Shown: piece by piece, positions 59,120 through 64,000 of the stretch | How the letters are laid out: each line of letters opens with the position of its first letter | Numbering within the stretch: position 1 is the first letter of the stretch | DNA from: Dehalococcoidia bacterium | GTDB taxonomy: Bacteria > Chloroflexota > Dehalococcoidia > UBA2979 | Reading direction: 5' to 3' | DNA length: 64,000 bases | NCBI GenBank assembly: GCA_965262725.1 | Contig: OZ253555.1 | Coordinates: 64,001 to 128,000 of the forward strand | The notes under the pieces: generated by a model | Database searches by the model: none | The model's input: only the letters and a program-made list of their open reading frames with translations | What the model was told of the DNA's origin: nothing | Translations under genes and position numbers: made by a program

Positions 59120-59148
59120 GTGACAAGTCGCGCTGTACTCGCTATAGT
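59120..59148 (+). promoter_or_regulatory. sigma70-type promoter
   Basis: GTGACA-N17-TATAGT upstream of the permease gene. Confidence 0.7.
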
Positions 59149-59288
59149 CCCGCGCACCTTGAGAGCGGCTCGTGGGGATCTGTCCACGCCGGGCCGCGAG
59201 GTGATGTGGGAGCTCGTCAATCGGCGAACGGTCTGAGGGGCTTTCACCGCCGCTGTACTGGCCATGGGGCCGGCGAGGAGCGTGATAC

Positions 59289-60209
59289 ATGGTAGGTTCC
59301 ATTCTTGCCCGCCGAGCGATACAGGCTTTCGTCGTCCTCTTCCTGCTGGTATCCACGCTTTTCTTCGTCTCGCGTATGTCCGGCGACCCCGTCGTCATGC
59401 TTACCGAGGGCGTGGTCGATCCGGCCGATCTCGATGACCTCCGGAAGGCCTACGGATTCGACGATCCGATCATAGTGCAGTACGTTCGCTTCCTCGGTGA
59501 GGTCTCGCAGGGCGACTTCGGCAACTCGGTGCGCACGTTTCAGCCCGCCCACGATCTGGTGCTCGACCGCATCCAGGTGAGCCTCAAGCTGGTCGTCCCC
59601 ACCTTCCTGCTCGTCATCCTCATCGCGATACCGCTGGGTGCCATGGCCGCCGTCAAGCGCGGTGCCATCGGCGCGTTCGCGATGCTCATGGCCGTCCTCT
59701 TTCAGTCCGTGCCCTCGTTCTTCCTCGGGGTCCTCTACATTTTCCTGTTCGGGGTCACGCTGGGCTGGCTGCCGGTGTTCGGGACCGGAGGTTTCGAACA
59801 CTTCATCCTTCCGGTCGCGACGCTGATGGGCTACCCGCTCGCGCGCTACACACGGCTGATGCGGGCGCAGGTCTCTGAGACGTTGACCCAGGAGTACGTG
59901 CGCACGGCCCGTTCGAAGGGTCTCGCCGAGACGAAGGTGATCCGAAAGCACGTGATGCGGAACTCGCTGCTCCCGATCATCACGGTGATGGGAGTCGATG
60001 TCGGGACGCTCGTCGGCAGCGCGATCATCGTTGAGGCGGTCTTCGCCTGGCCCGGCTTCGGCACGCTGGTCGTCGAGGCGGCGAAGACGCGCGACTACCC
60101 CGTGATCCAGGCGGCGGGCTTCACGATCGGCGTGCTGGTGCTCGCCGGCAGTCTGGCCGCGGACTTCGCGTACGGTCTTATTGACCCGCGCGTTCGCCGG
60201 AGAAGCTAG
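59289..60209 (+). CDS. DppB/OppB-type ABC permease
   Basis: GDP, QY..FL...GDFGNS, EYVRTARSKGL, IVEAVFAWPG, RDYPVIQ, DPR. Confidence 0.95.
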   Translation: MVGSILARRAIQAFVVLFLLVSTLFFVSRMSGDPVVMLTEGVVDPADLDDLRKAYGFDDPIIVQYVRFLGEVSQGDFGNSVRTFQPAHDLVLDRIQVSLKLVVPTFLLVILIAIPLGAMAAVKRGAIGAFAMLMAVLFQSVPSFFLGVLYIFLFGVTLGWLPVFGTGGFEHFILPVATLMGYPLARYTRLMRAQVSETLTQEYVRTARSKGLAETKVIRKHVMRNSLLPIITVMGVDVGTLVGSAIIVEAVFAWPGFGTLVVEAAKTRDYPVIQAAGFTIGVLVLAGSLAADFAYGLIDPRVRRRS

Positions 60210-61169
60210 ACGCCAGGATCCGCTCACCGGGGTGCGGGGATGAGCAGCCGGGGAGCGAACGTGTGGTGGCGATGTCCGGGGGCTGTGCGGCCGGGAGGCC
60301 GTCCGCCCTCGGACTGAGCTGGTAGACACCCCATGTCCGTAACGCGCAAGGGGTGCCCCCACCCGGGCAGCGAATCGGGGTGTCGGGTGCGCGATGCGCA
60401 AGGAGATCGTGAGCAGTCGGAGCGCCGTGTTAGAGCCGTGCGCGCGGCGGTGTTCCGAGGTCGACGCCGCCGGAGAGAATGGTCCTGGCCGGCGTGAGAT
60501 GGGTGTCGGCTTCTGCGGACATGCGGTGGCTGGCCGACCGCTGCCGGTCGCCCGTGACGCGGGGTGCGCAGGTACTCGCCTCGCCGAGTTGCGCCCTCAA
60601 CGAGCTCCAGACCCTGGATGAGTCGCGGCCCGCCGAGGCGCTCCGCGACCTCCGTCAGGCGGCGAGCTCAGCGTCCTCGGTGCCCAGGCCGCCCCAGGCA
60701 GTCTCCTCGTCGTAGAGCCGGCGCTTGTGCAGGCAGCCGTGCAGGAACGCGACCAGGCGGTTGGCGAGGGCGCGCAGCGCCTGGTTGTGCCCGTCGCCGA
60801 GCGCCCGCCGCTGCTGGTAGTACGCCCGGCACCCGGGACTCGCCTGGAGCGAGCAGAACGCCCACATGTGTATCGCGTCGTAGAGGCGCCGGTTCCGCAC
60901 GTGGCGCGCGGTGACCGTCCGCTTCCGCCCCGATGCTATGGTGAGCGGCGACGTGCCCGCGTAGTTCCTGCGGGACTTCGCGGACACGAAGCGTTCGGGG
61001 TCATCCCCGAACTCGCCCAGCACCCGGGCGCCGAGCACGGGCCCCAGGCCCGGCATCGACAGGTAAATCGCGGCGTCCGGGTGCTCCTCAAAAGCACCCC
61101 ACCCCCGGCGGCCGGGCGGTGCAGCAAGCCACTAACTGGGGTGGGCCGAGCGGCGGTGTATAGTCGCGG

Positions 61170-61350
61170 CGAGGCGTGATGACCGGGCCGAGGCCGGTAC
61201 ATCGTTGGTGCGATCTGCCCGTTCAAAAGCATGGTCCGGGAGCCCTGCGACTGCATCACTGGTGACGTCCCGTCGGGGCGATCCCGTTCGGTAGAGTGTC
61301 GGTCTGGTCGTGGCTCCCTCCGGTCACACGCCCACGCTGTGGGGGAGGGG
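61170..61350 (+). ncRNA. Putative bridge RNA of IS110 element B
   Basis: TATAGT at 61159; TCAAAAGCA (61223) and TCGGTAGA (61288) match the two junctions; boundaries approximate. Confidence 0.6.
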
Positions 61351-61358
61351 GCGAGAGG

Positions 61359-62798
61359 ATGGAGACACGAGGCGAGAGTGCCCGGCGCGCCGACGGAACG
61401 CGGGGCGATCCGCCGGTACTGCCCGCGGCGCTGTCCCGGGTGAACCTGAACGCGGCCGGGATCGATGTGGGCGCCGAGAGCCACTTCGTGGCAGTCCCCG
61501 AGGACCGTTCCGATACGCCGGTGCGGGAGTTCGCAGCTTTCACGGGCGACCTGTACCGCCTGGCGGACTGGTTGGCCGAGTGCGGCATCGAGACCGTGGC
61601 GCTGGAGTCGACGGGGGTGTACTGGATCCCGCTCTTCGGAGTGCTGGAGGAGCGGGGATTCGAGGTGCTGTTGGTGAACCCGAGGGGCATCAAGAATGCG
61701 CCCGGCCGCAAGACGGATGTGCTGGACAGCCAGTGGATCCAGCAGCTTCACACCTACGGGCTGCTCTCCGGAGCCTTCCGTCCCGATGAGGATATCCGCC
61801 GACTGCGCAGCTACATGCGGCAGCGAGCCCTGCTGGTCGAGGACGCGGCCAGACACGTTCAGCACATGCAGAAGGCCCTGACCCAGATGAACGTCAAGCT
61901 CCAGCACGTCATCAGCGACATCACCGGCGCGACGGGACTGGCCATCATTGATGCCGTCATTGGTGGCGAGCGTGACCCCGTGAAGCTGGCGCAGCTGCGT
62001 GACCCGAGGATCCGGGCGGACACGTCGATGATCGCCCGGTCACTGGAGGGGCACTGGCGGGAGGAGCACCTCTTCGAACTGGCGCAGGCCCGGGATCTCT
62101 ACCGGGTGTACCAGGGCAAGATCGCCGAGTGCGACGGGAAGCTCGAGGCGCTACTGGAGGAGTGGGACGATTCCGGCGACCCCCGGCCGCCTCTCGGGAA
62201 GCCCAGGCGGTCGAAGCGCGCCAAGAATGCGCCGGCGTTCGACGTGCGGAGCCATCTCTACCGGATGACGGGGGTGGACCTGACGCGCATCGATGGCGTG
62301 GACGCCCATACGGCGCTGAAGGTCGTCAGCGAGGTCGGGGTGGACATGAGCCGCTGGGAAACCCCGAAGCACTTCGCATCGTGGTTGGGCCTGAGCCCGA
62401 ACAACCGCGTCACCGGAGGCAAGGTCATCAGCTCCCGGACCACGCCGTCGGCGAACCGGGCAGCAGCGGCCCTGCGTCTTGCCGCCTTCGGTCTTCACCG
62501 CTCCGACAGCGCCCTGGGGGCGTTCCTGCGGAGGAAGAAGGCGCAGCTGGGGCCAGCCAAGGCCATCACTGCGACGGCTCACAAGCTGGCGAGGATCATC
62601 TACTCGAGCCTGAAGTACGGACACGGGTACACGGACGCCGGAGCCGAGTACTACGAGGCGCAGCACCACGAGAGAGCCCTCCGCAACGCGAGACGCAGGG
62701 CCAGGAAGCTCGGCTACCAGCTGGTGCCGCTCGGAGGCCACGAAGCGGATGGAACCGGAGCTCCCGGACCGCCGATCACAGGTTTGGCGACGGTGTAG
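61359..62798 (+). CDS. IS110 recombinase B
   Basis: GIDVG, LESTGVYW, KTDVLD (DEDD); FASWLGLSPNNRVTGGK; ATAHKLARIIY. Confidence 0.95.
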   Translation: METRGESARRADGTRGDPPVLPAALSRVNLNAAGIDVGAESHFVAVPEDRSDTPVREFAAFTGDLYRLADWLAECGIETVALESTGVYWIPLFGVLEERGFEVLLVNPRGIKNAPGRKTDVLDSQWIQQLHTYGLLSGAFRPDEDIRRLRSYMRQRALLVEDAARHVQHMQKALTQMNVKLQHVISDITGATGLAIIDAVIGGERDPVKLAQLRDPRIRADTSMIARSLEGHWREEHLFELAQARDLYRVYQGKIAECDGKLEALLEEWDDSGDPRPPLGKPRRSKRAKNAPAFDVRSHLYRMTGVDLTRIDGVDAHTALKVVSEVGVDMSRWETPKHFASWLGLSPNNRVTGGKVISSRTTPSANRAAAALRLAAFGLHRSDSALGAFLRRKKAQLGPAKAITATAHKLARIIYSSLKYGHGYTDAGAEYYEAQHHERALRNARRRARKLGYQLVPLGGHEADGTGAPGPPITGLATV

Positions 62799-63654
62799 TT
62801 AGTCGGTAGACGCGGCCAGCTTCGACTCCAGTACCTCGAGTTGCCGGTTGATCTCCTGGAGCTGGGCAACCTGGGCGAGCACGCTGTCTGCGAACGCCTC
62901 GCTGAGCGCGGGCGCGACCGGGAGCGTGCGGAGGCGGAGTACCTCGCGTATCTCTTCCGCCCGCGTGTCCAGGTTGCGCTTGCGGCCTCCGCGCCTGAGC
63001 GCCGCGCGGAGCTGCGTCCGCGTCAGCTTCGCCGCCGCGAGCGACTCCGGGGCGACGGCCAGCACCGAGAGCGCATCGGGATGCGTGAGGTCGGGGAAGG
63101 CCTGGAGCGCGGCCGGGAAGTACTGCAGCAGCGCGCTGCGCAGCCGGTTGCTCTCGCGGGTGCGATTCCAGACCAGCTGCTGCTGGGCGCGGGCACGCAC
63201 CTGCACGGCGGAGGCGAGGGCGCTGTCGCCCGCGACCGGCCGGTGGTTGTGGCTGTCGGTGCGAACGAGGTTCGCGAGCATGCGCGCATCGCCCCGGTCC
63301 GACTTCCCGCCGCCGACCTGGTGTCGCTCGCGGTAGAGGGCCGCCACCCGCGGATTGATGGCGTAGACCCGGTAGCCCGCGCCGATGAGCGCTGCGACCC
63401 ACGGGCCGCGGTCGGTCTCGATGCCGACCACGACCTGGCCGGCCTCCTGTGCATGCTCGGCGAGCAGCGCATGGAGCGCGGTCATGCCCTCCGCTCCCTC
63501 GGGGAGTCGCTTCGCCGCGAGGCTCTCGCCCTCCTCGTTCATGAGATGGACATCGTGATGGTCCTCGGCCCAGTCGTCCCCCACGTACACCGTCAACCCG
63601 TGCTCCCTTCCGTCCCACCTGTCCGTCCCACCTGTCCGTCCCACCTGGCTGGCT

Positions 63655-63855
63655 AAACCCACGGGGCTGCTCCGCAACGAGCTAATGGCACGGTGCTCTA
63701 CCGGCACGACACCCCATCAGTGCATCGCAGGCCCGAACGAACCAGCCGGGGCACGGTCTACCACTGGAGGTCGCAATCGCCTCAGCTGTTACTAGTGCTC
63801 TCCGGCTGGCGGGTCCGGAACCAGTCTCCCGGATCGCTCTGGTCCTCTGGTTCGG
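63655..63855 (-). ncRNA. Putative bridge RNA of IS110 element A
   Basis: Four guide-like segments in LTG-RTG-LDG-RDG order matching target and donor; boundaries approximate. Confidence 0.8.
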
Positions 63856-64000
63856 CTCCCATTAGCTGTATGAGGGTGGCGGCCGCTTCGGTCGGAGGCC
63901 CCTGCGGTCACCGCTCCGAGCTCAACCGGCTGCGTGGGCGGTGCGTCCGCGCGTGCCGAAGAGCGCGGAGGCGCTGATCCGATCGTGCGGCGCAGCCGCG

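Larger units (their letters stand above)
61093..62809 (+). mobile_element. IS110-family element B (inner)
   Basis: AG dinucleotide at both junctions (61093-61094, 62808-62809); ~265 bp noncoding left end; right end only ~10 bp. Confidence 0.88.
60655..63596 (-). pseudogene. IS110 recombinase A, split (N part 62808-63596, C part 60655-61092)
   Basis: VGDDWAEDHHD, GIE, KSDRGDA; PGLG...IASGRK; removing B restores LAASFEEHPDA in frame. Confidence 0.93.
60324..63865 (-). mobile_element. IS110-family element A (outer), interrupted by element B
   Basis: CT core (minus strand) at 63864-63865 and 60324-60325; both ends are supported by four guide-like matches in the upstream noncoding region. Confidence 0.85.

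Noticed and set aside
58823-59398. ORF with repeated THVKD peptides
   Set aside because: The peptide repeats are a by-product of the DNA repeats, the third copy is out of frame, and the ORF overlaps the permease antisense.
63610-63647. Short tandem repeat (GTCCCACCTGTCC units)
   Set aside because: About 2.5 copies of 13 bp just before the IS110-A RBS; likely local slippage with no further support.

Overview
High-GC bacterial chromosomal accessory region. The host is probably a host-associated Chloroflexota/Dehalococcoidia-like organism; this is inferred only from gene content (double-domain CoA transferase, F420 PPOX, PxxGTG-type sorting signal, giant cadherin/Calx-beta surface protein). An intact tRNA-Arg(UCG) at 2610-2685 is followed, over ~39 kb, by 4 clear and 3-4 eroded same-orientation copies of its 3' half. 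Most copies carry a shared non-tRNA left arm and a TCAGTT-N5-AACTGA core with a variable centre. They split the region into cargo modules, and no intact integrase lies in the window, so this looks like an integron-like, tRNA-anchored cassette array. Cargo is mostly toxin-antitoxin and defence-like genes: MNT-HepT, DUF433-PIN, Fic, RelE-Xre-SecB TAC, AbiE, HigBA-ImmA, MazEF, two VapBC pairs, an unclassified three-gene operon with an ART-like gene, an ADP-ribosylglycohydrolase cluster and a DUF4209-like HEPN gene. Surface proteins, ABC exporters and many gene remnants are also present. The right end holds metabolic/transport genes, an IS256 inside an MMPL gene, and an IS110 nested in another IS110. 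Bridge-RNA guides can be read directly for the outer IS110 and partly for the inner one. All calls are by eye from motifs; no database searches were run.
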